From Clostridia bacterium (GTDB taxonomy: Bacteria > Bacillota > Clostridia > RGIG7378), in assembly GCA_045588325.1 (NCBI GenBank), contig JAZNEA010000101.1, positions 1 through 46,910 on the forward strand: a stretch of 46,910 bases of DNA, read 5' to 3'. This document shows, piece after piece, positions 9,118 to 18,440 of this stretch. The notes beneath the pieces are model-generated. The model saw only the letters and a list, made by a program, of their open reading frames with translations, did no database searches and had not been told where the DNA came from. Each line of letters begins with the position of its first letter. Within the stretch, counting starts at the first letter, position 1. The position numbers and the translations under genes are program-made.

Positions 9118-9849
9118 ATGAGTTCTGATAAATTCCACAAAGACGATCACGGCATGTGGCGTTGGTTGTTGGGTGGTGCTCTGTTGCTGGCCCTCATTGT
9201 TTCTGCAATCTGGATTATGATGGATAGGAACAATACGCCTATGACAGAGGACAACTCTGCAATATCCACAGAGACACCCAGACCTCAGGCAACATCTACA
9301 CCAACAGCTACACCCACTACAAGACCCACCGAAAGACCTACGGAGTCGCCCTCTCCTGAGAGTTCTCCTGAGGCAGGCGATAACAATACCAACGTCACGC
9401 CAGATGTGGATGCAGTAGATAACAAGGTTACACTTTCCTTTAAGACTCCTGTGTTTGGTCATGTCACCAAGGAATATGCCATGGATCACCTGATCTACAG
9501 CGTTACCATGGACTACTGGCACACCCATAGCGGAGTGGACATTGAGGGTTCAGCCGGAACGGCAGTTAAGGCAGCGGCGGATGGTGTGGTTGCAAAGGCA
9601 GAGAAGGATCCCAATCTGGGATATGTCATCGTCCTGGATCATGGCAACGGATGGAAGAGCACATACGGCAACCTGTCATCTGTTGACAATGTATACCTTG
9701 GACAGCTGGTTGCAGGAGGAGATGTTATCGGTACTGTGGGGGATTCGTCACCCATTGAGTACGCCGAGGCTGCTCACTTGCATTTTGAGCTATCAAGGGA
9801 TGACAAGACTGTAGATCCCACTCAGTACCTGAGCGGGTTGGCCAAGTAA
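9118..9849 (+). CDS. spoIIQ: SpoIIQ-like M23/LytM membrane protein
   Basis: TM, P/T-rich linker, YSVTMDYWHTHSGVD (HxxxD) and HLHFE motifs; sigmaF promoter; near spoIID. Confidence 0.78.
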   Translation: MSSDKFHKDDHGMWRWLLGGALLLALIVSAIWIMMDRNNTPMTEDNSAISTETPRPQATSTPTATPTTRPTERPTESPSPESSPEAGDNNTNVTPDVDAVDNKVTLSFKTPVFGHVTKEYAMDHLIYSVTMDYWHTHSGVDIEGSAGTAVKAAADGVVAKAEKDPNLGYVIVLDHGNGWKSTYGNLSSVDNVYLGQLVAGGDVIGTVGDSSPIEYAEAAHLHFELSRDDKTVDPTQYLSGLAK

Positions 9850-9862
9850 AACATGAGATAAC

Positions 9863-9898
9863 AAAGGCGCAATAGATATGTGATTATTGCGCCTTTTT
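9863..9898 (+). terminator. spoIIQ terminator
   Basis: AAAGGCGCAATA...TATTGCGCCTTT plus T-tract. Confidence 0.8.
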
Positions 9899-9953
9899 GT
9901 GCTTTCGCCGAGGAGAAGTAAAAGCGTATTAAAAATTCACCATATCATTTTTC

Positions 9954-9979
9954 AGGTGCCTTAGCAGGCGCCTTTTTTT
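9954..9979 (+). terminator. Second terminator-like hairpin
   Basis: AGGTGCCT-TAGC-AGGCGCCT followed by a T run. Confidence 0.6.
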
Positions 9980-10056
9980 GAAAACTTAACATTTTCTTGC
10001 CACGCATTTTGTGTTATTATTTTTTAATCTATATGCGTATAAGAGAGGGTTATCTT

Positions 10057-10326
10057 ATGAGAGCAGTTATCACAGTTATCGGATGCGACAAGGTTGGCAT
10101 TATTGCGGCAGTAACAGCTGAGCTGGCGGCCGACAATATCAACATTTTAAATATATCCCAGGCATTGATGGACGAGTTGTTCACCATGATTATGCTAGTG
10201 GACATGAGCAACAGCACAGTTCCATTTACAGAGGTTTCGGATAGGCTTAAGGCCTGCGGAGATAGGCTTGGCGTAGAGATTCGTATACAGAAGGAAGAGA
10301 TCTTTGATTCTATGCACAGGATCTAA
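10057..10326 (+). CDS. ACT domain protein (UPF0237)
   Basis: MRAVITVIGxDKVGIIA..., NILNISQ, FTMIMLVD, EEIFDSMHRI; the usual partner of the next gene. Confidence 0.92.
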   Translation: MRAVITVIGCDKVGIIAAVTAELAADNINILNISQALMDELFTMIMLVDMSNSTVPFTEVSDRLKACGDRLGVEIRIQKEEIFDSMHRI

Positions 10327-10338
10327 GCGGAGAGCAAC

Positions 10339-11697
10339 ATGATAGGTAACAGAGAAATATTAGAGACAATCAGGATGATCCAGGAGGATAAGCTGGATAT
10401 CCGCACCATTACAATGGGCATTACCCTGTTGGATTGCGCAGACAGCGATCCTGCTAAGGCATGCGCCAAGATATATGACAAGATCACCAGGCGGGCAGAG
10501 AAGTTGGTTCGCACAGGCGAGGAGATAGAGAGGGAGTATGGTATTCCTATTATTAACAAGCGTATCTCCGTAACGCCAATTGCCATGGTCGCAGCAGCAT
10601 CAGATACGGATAGCTATGTGGATTTTGCCCTGGCACTGGATAGGGCCGCAGCCACAACGGGAGTTAACTTTATTGGAGGCTTTTCCGCATTGGTTCAGAA
10701 GGGCTATTCTGATTCTGCTATCAAGTTGATCAATTCCATCCCCGAGGCCCTTACCTCTACGGAGAGGGTGTGCGCCTCTGTCAACGTTGGATCTACACAG
10801 GCAGGCATCAATATGGATGCAGTGAGACGTATGGGAGAGATAATTACCGAGACTTCCAGGATGTCGGAGAAGTGTGCCTGCAATGGATGTGCAAAGTTAG
10901 TTGTATTCTGCAACGCCCCCAATGACAACCCATTTATGGCTGGTGCATTCCACGGAGTTGGAGAGCCTGAGTGTGTAATCAATGTTGGAGTCAGTGGTCC
11001 CGGCGTCGTAAAGAGAGCTTTGGAGAAGGTCAAGGGACAGGATTTTAACACAGTATCTGAGACGATTAAGAAGACTGCGTTCAAGATTACACGCATGGGA
11101 CAGCTTGTTGCCTCGGAGGCTTCATCCAGGCTGGGAATTCCCTTTGGAATAGTCGATTTGTCCTTAGCACCGACTCCTGCAGTGGGAGACAGCGTGGCCG
11201 AGATCCTTATGGAAATGGGCATTGAGAAGGCTGGAGCCTGTGGAACTACCGCTGCCCTGGCGATCCTCAACGACGCAGTCAAAAAGGGAGGAGCCATGGC
11301 ATCCTCTTCAGTAGGAGGCCTTAGCGGCGCATTTATCCCTGTCAGCGAGGACAACCAGATGCTGTTGGCAGCTGCAGAGGGTGTGCTGACATTGGAGAGG
11401 CTGGAGGCTATGACCGCAGTGTGTTCCGTTGGATTGGACATGGTTGTAGTGCCGGGAGATACGCCTGCATCTACCATTTCAGCCATGATAGCAGACGAAA
11501 TGGCAATAGGCATGATTAACAGCAAGACTACAGCTGTGAGAGTTATTCCTGCCATGGGCATGCAGGTGGGAGACACATTAGAGTTTGGAGGACTCCTGGG
11601 TTCGGGACCTGTCATGAAGATCAGCACCCTGGATTCATCGGAGTTTATTGCCAGGGGTGGCAGGATTCCTGCACCTCTTAACAGCCTTAAGAATTAG
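10339..11697 (+). CDS. PFL-family protein (UPF0210/DUF711)
   Basis: [45 protein letters not shown]-terminal GGRIPAPxxSLKN. Confidence 0.93.
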   Translation: MIGNREILETIRMIQEDKLDIRTITMGITLLDCADSDPAKACAKIYDKITRRAEKLVRTGEEIEREYGIPIINKRISVTPIAMVAAASDTDSYVDFALALDRAAATTGVNFIGGFSALVQKGYSDSAIKLINSIPEALTSTERVCASVNVGSTQAGINMDAVRRMGEIITETSRMSEKCACNGCAKLVVFCNAPNDNPFMAGAFHGVGEPECVINVGVSGPGVVKRALEKVKGQDFNTVSETIKKTAFKITRMGQLVASEASSRLGIPFGIVDLSLAPTPAVGDSVAEILMEMGIEKAGACGTTAALAILNDAVKKGGAMASSSVGGLSGAFIPVSEDNQMLLAAAEGVLTLERLEAMTAVCSVGLDMVVVPGDTPASTISAMIADEMAIGMINSKTTAVRVIPAMGMQVGDTLEFGGLLGSGPVMKISTLDSSEFIARGGRIPAPLNSLKN

Positions 11698-11711
11698 TTT
11701 AGGAGACGGCA

Positions 11712-13565
11712 TTGAGTAGGGATTATCGCAATACTACCGGGAAAAATAGCAGAAACAACAACGCATCCAGGCCAGGCAGGCAGGAGCGTAATGTGACGCG
11801 CCCGGATTTCTCCCGCAAGTACAAGGAGATAGAGGATCCCTATGGCATGGACAGGATTGAGAGACGCAAGGGGCCCGGAGCCACAAGGCCTGCCAACTCA
11901 TACGTGACGCGGGAACAGTATGCCAGACAACGCTCCGCAGAGGGGGCACAGAGCACCAGGCCCAAAAAACAACGTAAGACCGTTAGCACACGTCCTCAGG
12001 AGGAGACACCGAGAGAGAGGATTAGTCTATCTGCCGATATTGGACACAGGGCCAGCCATATACAGAGGCCCAGCCGTCCAGGCAGTAGTGCAGGACGTGG
12101 CTCCTATACTGTAGTCGATGACGACAGGGAGAGCAGGTATGTGGACGATGTCCAGGCCAGGGATCCACAGGCAGTGGCAAAGGCTACCAAGTGGAGCAAA
12201 AAGCGAATCATCGCCCTATCAGCGATTGCAGCTGTCATTCTGATAGCAATTTCAGCGATATGTATTAGCAGGGTCATAAACAACGTGAGCAACGACACCA
12301 AGAAACTGTACTTCTGGGCAGACTGCACCAACGACCCAGCCATGGAACAGTATTTGCAACGCGTTGTAGATGAGTACAACAGGCAACAGGATAAGGTTCA
12401 GGTGGAGCTCAAAACTCGTTTTAACGATTACACCGCCACGATTACGTATAGATATCGCGAAAAGACAAAACCTAGTACGGGATCAGCGCCAGACATCAAT
12501 TTGGTGTACGGCAATACCATGCAGGATATGGTCCAGATAGGCAATATATACGACCTGTCTCAGGATATGAAGGAGGCGGGCTACAATTATTCCGCTATGT
12601 TCGGCGGGCTCATGGTTCCCAACGTAAATATGGTTGGGGAGGCAGTATATGCATTGCCATATATGGTCAATCCATATGCAACTGCATACAATGTGGATTT
12701 GTTTGAGGAGATAGGCGTCGACACACAGGACATTCCCTGCACGGTAGAGGGACTATTGGCCATGAATGCCAAGTTTAATGCCCTCAGTAACGACGAGCGA
12801 GGATCGGTATTCGGATTTGCGTTGCCGACCAACGACCCGTCCCAATGGCTGGCAACAATATTGCAGATAGGCAAGGCCCACGGCGTAAATACCTTCGACT
12901 ATAGCACATTGACCAGAAAGTACAGTTTGCTGACAGACTTGGTAACACAGCTCACCGACAGTTCTAAGATGAGTATGTCCGGCGTTGGAACCTACGAGGA
13001 AATGGTGGAGAAATTCGCCAAGGGTCAGATTGCGGTAATTATTGCAGATTACGATACCCTGAGGGACAAGCTGGACCAGGAGAACAGTAGCTTTAATATT
13101 AAGACAACTCGGATTTTGGAGTATCTGCCATTTGTGCAGCCTCATAGCGCAGACCTTTATGATGTCACATATCTTGAGATTAACAAGAGCTCAGTCAACA
13201 AGGCAGAGGCATACGAGTTCATGATGTATCTGATGAGGAACGACAATATGAGTCAGCTGTACAAGGATACAGGCAATATTCCCGCCAGCTGGAATTCCAT
13301 GGAATATCAGCCTCCTGTGGATGAAATCCTGGCAGCATACTTTGATTTTGAGAATCGCATTCGCCTACCAGAGCCTATGGGCTCCGCCACGGAGGGCATT
13401 ACGGTGGGAGAAATTTACAATCAGTTGAGAGATGGATTATTGACCCCTGCCAATGCTCTGACGACCTTGGAGCAGCAGGAAAATGAATCTATCAAACAGG
13501 CACTTAAGAGCGAACGCATTAAGGCAGAAGATTATACAATATATTATAAACTTTACAAGGATTGA
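11712..13565 (+). CDS. TM-anchored extracellular solute-binding protein (family 1) with a long cytoplasmic N-terminal tail
   Basis: TTG start after AGGAG; about 160 aa of R/S/P-rich low complexity, one TM helix, then SBP motifs (VDEYN..V.VEL, APDI, YALPY, YNVDLFEE.G, FAKGQIA, AYEFMMYL). Confidence 0.8.
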   Translation: MSRDYRNTTGKNSRNNNASRPGRQERNVTRPDFSRKYKEIEDPYGMDRIERRKGPGATRPANSYVTREQYARQRSAEGAQSTRPKKQRKTVSTRPQEETPRERISLSADIGHRASHIQRPSRPGSSAGRGSYTVVDDDRESRYVDDVQARDPQAVAKATKWSKKRIIALSAIAAVILIAISAICISRVINNVSNDTKKLYFWADCTNDPAMEQYLQRVVDEYNRQQDKVQVELKTRFNDYTATITYRYREKTKPSTGSAPDINLVYGNTMQDMVQIGNIYDLSQDMKEAGYNYSAMFGGLMVPNVNMVGEAVYALPYMVNPYATAYNVDLFEEIGVDTQDIPCTVEGLLAMNAKFNALSNDERGSVFGFALPTNDPSQWLATILQIGKAHGVNTFDYSTLTRKYSLLTDLVTQLTDSSKMSMSGVGTYEEMVEKFAKGQIAVIIADYDTLRDKLDQENSSFNIKTTRILEYLPFVQPHSADLYDVTYLEINKSSVNKAEAYEFMMYLMRNDNMSQLYKDTGNIPASWNSMEYQPPVDEILAAYFDFENRIRLPEPMGSATEGITVGEIYNQLRDGLLTPANALTTLEQQENESIKQALKSERIKAEDYTIYYKLYKD

Positions 13566-13569
13566 TCAA

Positions 13570-15414
13570 ATGTACGAGTACTCGGATTCTTTAAAATGCA
13601 CCCTTTGTGGCCAGCGTTTTATTGTTACAAATACAGAACTTGAGGATCACGTTTGCAACTGTCCAGGGATTGCAGACAGTCGCTGTCGCTATAGTAAACC
13701 AGAGAATAACAGGACGCCCATCAGGGAATATGGTTGTAATAGAGGCAGGGGCATGGTGCTGGTCGCCCTGGAGGAAACCTCTCCTGCAACAATGGGTTGC
13801 GTGTTTATCGTAGACGGCAGGACAACCTTTGAGGAGCTTGTGGCGTCTCGCTCAATGGAGCAGTTTTTGCTGGCATGCAATAATTCCAAAAATTCCGGAG
13901 TCGATGCTATAAGGATTGTTACCGTAGCCATTGACTGTCCCACAGATATGGAGGAGACACTCTATTCCAGCACCATGGAGGAGATTTTCCAAAACACTGC
14001 CATGATGCGCGGCAAGATTGTCACAGAGGGGAGAGCTTTCCTTTTGGCATTTAAGAGGGTTATGGCCTTTGAGAGGAGTTCCGATGAGCCCTTTGTTCCT
14101 ATGACAATGGGTATGGGCCTGGTGCCATTTAGAGATTTCTACTGCCTGGGGTACGAGATGGACAGGTTTTGTACAGATCCAATCTCCCTCAAAAATGCTT
14201 CCATGATAGCTTATGTTAACGAGTTGATAAGGCATGCAGAGCCGTCCATGTATATGTCCATGAGTGCATATGGTCAGGATGACGAGTACGATTACAGCAT
14301 GGTGGGCAATTACATCCCGGATTATCTGACACGGGAGTTCTACGACATGATGTCCAGAAACAAGGACTGCAGGAATAAACCCATCGAGGGGATATTCTCA
14401 AAGTGGAGCAACGACAAGCTCAAAAACATGGTGGAACAGTTCTGCACACCTAAGGGCATGACCAAGAAAGACAAGGTGGATTATCTTTCCTCAGGCCAGC
14501 ACGTAGAAACTGTCCTCAGAGAAAAGATCAATGGATATCAATATCACTGTCTCAGGGAACTGATGGAAAAGGGCGGCTACGACTACTGCACAGAGGAGTG
14601 TGATAGTAGCTACCTGGATCTGTTCGCTTTGGGAGTCATATTTGCGGGAACAGATGAGGACGGCAAGAGGATAGTGTACATTCCGAGGGAATATGTTTTC
14701 ATATTCAAGAGGATTTTGTATGACGACGAACTTTCTGACCAGATTGCACGTATGAATGTTATAGACAGCAGGCTAAATGGCTTGATATACAACTATGGCG
14801 TGCTTTCGCTTTTTGCATTGCATGATATGTATTGCAAGGTGTTCGGACAGGAATTCAATCCCTTTGACAAGGATGAGGACGAGAGTTTGTTCCTCCAGTA
14901 TGTGGTGAGAAAGTATGCCACCTGGGCCAACAGAGATTCCGTGGGAGATATATACATGTCAGATTCCGGGATTTATGTGTTCCATGAGAGAATGGAGTAC
15001 CCGGGAGAGATTCGCAACTACAGAAAGCCCAATCCCATGAGACCTCCCATCCAGGCAGAGATAGAGGCCGCGGGAGACAGAGAATACATGGAGTATAATG
15101 AGGCATTGGATCGCATATCCATAGAGTTGCTGTCACGAATAGACAACAAGGACGAAGTGACTATGCAGATGTTGAATTACTACATCTATAGCGCCTTATT
15201 GTTTGGTAACAAGCAGGGTTTCCCCCCCGAGGAGATATTTGAAAATCTAGTCAGACTACTGCCTGTACCGGCCTGTGAATTGATGCACATTTACAAGGCC
15301 ATTTGCCAGGAAAACCCAGCCATAGCCAGATGGGATATTGGCGGGTATAGCAGCAACGAGCTGAGCCAGCTTAAGAAAAATCGCAAGAAGATTCACACTA
15401 TCACTATGCGATAG
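13570..15414 (+). CDS. Hypothetical protein (614 aa): N-terminal Cys cluster, C-terminal half resembling clostridial SEC-C-associated proteins
   Basis: CTLC...CNC...C; C-terminal GLIYNYGVL...IARWDIGGYSSNEL; ATG 4 nt after the upstream stop. Confidence 0.75.
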   Translation: MYEYSDSLKCTLCGQRFIVTNTELEDHVCNCPGIADSRCRYSKPENNRTPIREYGCNRGRGMVLVALEETSPATMGCVFIVDGRTTFEELVASRSMEQFLLACNNSKNSGVDAIRIVTVAIDCPTDMEETLYSSTMEEIFQNTAMMRGKIVTEGRAFLLAFKRVMAFERSSDEPFVPMTMGMGLVPFRDFYCLGYEMDRFCTDPISLKNASMIAYVNELIRHAEPSMYMSMSAYGQDDEYDYSMVGNYIPDYLTREFYDMMSRNKDCRNKPIEGIFSKWSNDKLKNMVEQFCTPKGMTKKDKVDYLSSGQHVETVLREKINGYQYHCLRELMEKGGYDYCTEECDSSYLDLFALGVIFAGTDEDGKRIVYIPREYVFIFKRILYDDELSDQIARMNVIDSRLNGLIYNYGVLSLFALHDMYCKVFGQEFNPFDKDEDESLFLQYVVRKYATWANRDSVGDIYMSDSGIYVFHERMEYPGEIRNYRKPNPMRPPIQAEIEAAGDREYMEYNEALDRISIELLSRIDNKDEVTMQMLNYYIYSALLFGNKQGFPPEEIFENLVRLLPVPACELMHIYKAICQENPAIARWDIGGYSSNELSQLKKNRKKIHTITMR

Positions 15415-15571
15415 AGTCTGAACACTGGTCCTTCAGCAAAATGGAGTACTGCATCTCCAGGGATTTTATCAGGTAGATACAGCTGTCAATCTCCTTTTCG
15501 TCAGTGAGGTATTTGAGCCTGTTGTTGGCACATTCCCAACTGTGTTTAATGGCACGCATTTCCTCTGTCAT
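15404..15571 (-). CDS. yaaL: YaaL/DUF2508-family small sporulation protein
   Basis: W..A.NRL.Y.TD...ID.CIY..KSLE.QY..LLK pattern; RBS AAGGAGG; forespore-type promoter. Confidence 0.8.
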   Translation of the reverse strand: MTEEMRAIKHSWECANNRLKYLTDEKEIDSCIYLIKSLEMQYSILLKDQCSDSIA

Positions 15572-15596
15572 ATAAAACCTCCTTTGTAGCAAAGGG

Positions 15597-15625
15597 ATTA
15601 TTGACAGAAGATTTTGTTAATATAC
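15597..15625 (-). promoter_or_regulatory. sigmaF/sigmaG-like promoter of the yaaL-like gene
   Basis: Minus strand GTATA-15 bp-GTCAATAAT. Confidence 0.55.
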
Positions 15626-15738
15626 ATGGAAGGGATGTTTACAATTTCTGACACAAAAAAGGGCGTTTTTTGACTTTAAATGCTGAGAAAAATGATATAT
15701 AATTACGATGTGACATTTTGATTACAGGGTTAGGATAT

Positions 15739-17412
15739 ATGGCATATAATTCTAAGAGTAAACATAGAACTAATAAGCGCGGCAAGAGAGACAGCAGCAC
15801 CAAGATTGCTGTTGCTGTTTTGTTCTTGGCCTTTGCTATTTTGGCTGTCGTTTTACTGGTTTTCCCTAAGGCGAAGATCCCTGACAATGTATTCATTCAG
15901 GGCATAGAGGTTTCCGGCTTGTCTCGCAATGACGCTATTAGCATCCTCAAGGACAAGTTTTCCTTTGAGAACGAATCTGCCGGCACCATTTTCATCATGT
16001 ACGATGACCAGTCTATGAGGGTTAACCTCAGCGACCTTAAGTTGGTCTATAATATCGAGGAGACTGTTGACAATGCTCTGGCAGGAGCAGAGGATACAGA
16101 GTATACACTTAAGCTTACCTTCGACGACAGCAGCTTTGACACTATTTCCCAGACCATTTACCAGGCGACGTATAAGGCTCCCATTGCGGAGACATTCAGC
16201 TTTGATGCCAATAGCGTTACTGCTGTGATTACAGCCGGCACCTATGGTCGTGAGGCAGATGTGGATAAGTTGGAGCAGGATCTGGCTGATATGGCAGCTC
16301 ATTCTATGAGCGGTTCTATAGATGTTGAGTTCAAGAGACTGGACTATGAGACCGTATCGTATTCCGGCATTTACAATGCAGTTTATGTGGCAGAGGTCAA
16401 TTCCGAGTACTATAGGGATGACAATGGTATGATTCAGGCCACTGAGTCTAAGGAGGGACGTATGATCCCTTATGCCGAGATTCAGATCGGTGCCAATGCT
16501 GTCCGCACAGGAGCTGTGGAGGCATACACATTCAATATACAGACTATTACCCCCAGCCCCTCTCAGCAGGATTTGATGGACGCGCTGTTCAGAGATGTCT
16601 TGGGTTCTGCAGAGACAGTTTATGCCAGCGACAAGTACGCTGCGGCCAGAGCTTCTAACATTAAGTTGGCAGCCAGCTTCTGTCACGAGTATACCTTGAT
16701 GCCCGGAGAGATGTTCTCCTACAACGGCGTAGTTGGAGAGAGGACTCCTGAGAGAGGTTTCCAGATTGCCAATGCATATGAGCAGGGCGAGGTTGTAGAG
16801 GCATACGGCGGTGGTATTTGCCAGGTAAGTACAGTTATTTTCAACGCATTTATGAACTGCGGCAAGATTACATCTATGAACAAGGACCTGCAGGCTCCTG
16901 AGGACGATGCCATGTTCGCCATCCGCAGATTCTGCCATATGATGACAGTATCCTATCAGGACAGAGGGCTGGATGCCACAGTAGACTATGCTACACAGAC
17001 AGACCTTATCATCCGCAATGATACAGATACACCCGTTAAGATTATGATTAAGATTGATAAGGTGGATTCTGCAGGTAACAAGTCTAAGATGACTGTAGAG
17101 ATTATGGGCACAGATGATGGTTCCAATGAGGGCGTCACATATATGTATGTAGGCGTTGACACATCCGAGACTCCCTTTGGATTCAAGTATGTTGAGGATG
17201 CCACATTGGCCTCCGATGCTGAGCCTGTCCTCAAGTCCGCTGGCTATACAGGATACACAACCATCACACACAGGTACAAGATTGTCAACGGCGTTGCCGA
17301 GGAGGATTACATGCTTTACTGGAGCACCTATCAGGATGTAGAAGAGGTGTACAGAGTACCAGTAGGATGGGTAGGTCCCAATGGTGAGACACCCACGAAA
17401 CCAAATGCATAA
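15739..17412 (+). CDS. VanW-family membrane protein (PG-binding-4, VanW and G5-like domains)
   Basis: TM; R.SNI.LAA, PGE.FSYN.VVG.RT.ERGF, GGGICQVST, GLDATV; start after RBS AGGA. Confidence 0.88.
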   Translation: MAYNSKSKHRTNKRGKRDSSTKIAVAVLFLAFAILAVVLLVFPKAKIPDNVFIQGIEVSGLSRNDAISILKDKFSFENESAGTIFIMYDDQSMRVNLSDLKLVYNIEETVDNALAGAEDTEYTLKLTFDDSSFDTISQTIYQATYKAPIAETFSFDANSVTAVITAGTYGREADVDKLEQDLADMAAHSMSGSIDVEFKRLDYETVSYSGIYNAVYVAEVNSEYYRDDNGMIQATESKEGRMIPYAEIQIGANAVRTGAVEAYTFNIQTITPSPSQQDLMDALFRDVLGSAETVYASDKYAAARASNIKLAASFCHEYTLMPGEMFSYNGVVGERTPERGFQIANAYEQGEVVEAYGGGICQVSTVIFNAFMNCGKITSMNKDLQAPEDDAMFAIRRFCHMMTVSYQDRGLDATVDYATQTDLIIRNDTDTPVKIMIKIDKVDSAGNKSKMTVEIMGTDDGSNEGVTYMYVGVDTSETPFGFKYVEDATLASDAEPVLKSAGYTGYTTITHRYKIVNGVAEEDYMLYWSTYQDVEEVYRVPVGWVGPNGETPTKPNA

Positions 17413-17420
17413 TTTGATCT

Positions 17421-17450
17421 AAGGACGGTACTTAAGGGTACCGTCTTTTT
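17421..17450 (+). terminator. Terminator after the vanW-family gene
   Basis: AAGGACGGTAC-6 nt-GTACCGTCTTT plus T-tract. Confidence 0.8.
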
Positions 17451-17522
17451 AGTGCATGGTATTTTCGTAAAAACCTATAGGTAAAAAGCATATTTTGTGC
17501 AAAATTTTGATAAGAATCATGC

Positions 17523-17551
17523 TTTACACTTTTTAAGTTTAGCCGTAAACT
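17523..17551 (+). promoter_or_regulatory. sigmaA-type promoter of nfnAB
   Basis: TTTACA-17 bp-TAAACT. Confidence 0.5.
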
Positions 17552-17584
17552 GGACAAATAGTTTTCACACAGGAGATGGACAAT

Positions 17585-18439
17585 ATGTACGATATTGTTA
17601 ACAAGGTTAGTCTTAACCCAACAGTTACCATGATGGACATTCATGCACCATACGTGGCAGCCAAGGCAGAGCCTGGCCAGTTCATTATTTTGAGAGTCGA
17701 TGAGGAGGGAGAGAGGATCCCCCTTACCATTGCTGGATATGATAGAGTTGCAGGCACAGTGCGCATTATCTTTCAGATTGTTGGTGCCACAACGGAGAAA
17801 CTTAATCACAAGGAAGTTGGAGACAGTCTGCAGGATTTTGCAGGCCCGTTAGGTGTTGCCACAGAGCTGGAGGGCCTTAAGGATGTCTGCATCGTAGGCG
17901 GAGGCGTAGGTTGCGCCATTGCCCTGCCCATTGCACAGAAGCTCCACGACATGGGAGTTAACGTAACATCTATTATCGGCTTCAGGTCTAAGGACTTGCT
18001 CATTTTGGAGGACGAGTTTAAGGCAGCGTCCACAGAGCTCCACGTTATGACAGACGATGGCAGCTACGGCAGACAGGGCAATGTTTGCATCCCACTGCAG
18101 GAGATGTTCGACCAGGGCAGGAAGTTTGACCAGATTATCACCATCGGTCCCCTGATTATGATGAAATTTGTAGTTCTGACGGCTAAGCCTACAGGCATTC
18201 CCTGCACAGTTTCTATGAACCCCATTATGATCGATGGCACAGGCATGTGCGGTGGCTGCAGATTGACACTTAACGTAGATGGACAGAAGGTTACAAAGTT
18301 TGCCTGCGTAGACGGCCCGGACTTTAACGGTTACCAGGTGGACTTTGACGAGGCCATGTCCAGAGGCACAATGTACAGAGATTTTGAGAGACATGCCTAC
18401 GAGGAGGCATGCAACCTCTTTAAGAAGGAGGCAAAATAA
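17585..18439 (+). CDS. nfnA: Electron-bifurcating transhydrogenase small subunit NfnA (SudB/PyrK-like)
   Basis: PGQFIILR, ERIPLT, GPLG, GGGVG, DGTGMCGGCR...CVDGP 2Fe-2S motif; alternative start at 17576. Confidence 0.9.
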   Translation: MYDIVNKVSLNPTVTMMDIHAPYVAAKAEPGQFIILRVDEEGERIPLTIAGYDRVAGTVRIIFQIVGATTEKLNHKEVGDSLQDFAGPLGVATELEGLKDVCIVGGGVGCAIALPIAQKLHDMGVNVTSIIGFRSKDLLILEDEFKAASTELHVMTDDGSYGRQGNVCIPLQEMFDQGRKFDQIITIGPLIMMKFVVLTAKPTGIPCTVSMNPIMIDGTGMCGGCRLTLNVDGQKVTKFACVDGPDFNGYQVDFDEAMSRGTMYRDFERHAYEEACNLFKKEAK

Positions 18440-18440
18440 C

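Noticed and set aside
9904-9960. CGCCGAGGAG...TTTCAGGTGCC fragments reminiscent of a glycine riboswitch before the ACT gene
   Set aside because: No upstream GGAGA/P1-P2 architecture, and an extended -10 (TGTTATTAT) lies downstream of it
15853-17271. 472-aa minus-strand ORF, and similar long antisense ORFs (10704..11627, 31453..32406, 40261..41028)
   Set aside because: Mirror frames of well-supported genes, explained by host codon bias
15739-17412. Vancomycin resistance implied by the VanW domain
   Set aside because: VanW-family proteins are widespread and no van cluster genes are present
17490-17572. Possible Rex operator upstream of nfnAB
   Set aside because: Only half-sites (TTGTGCA; TTCACAC); no convincing 18-bp palindrome
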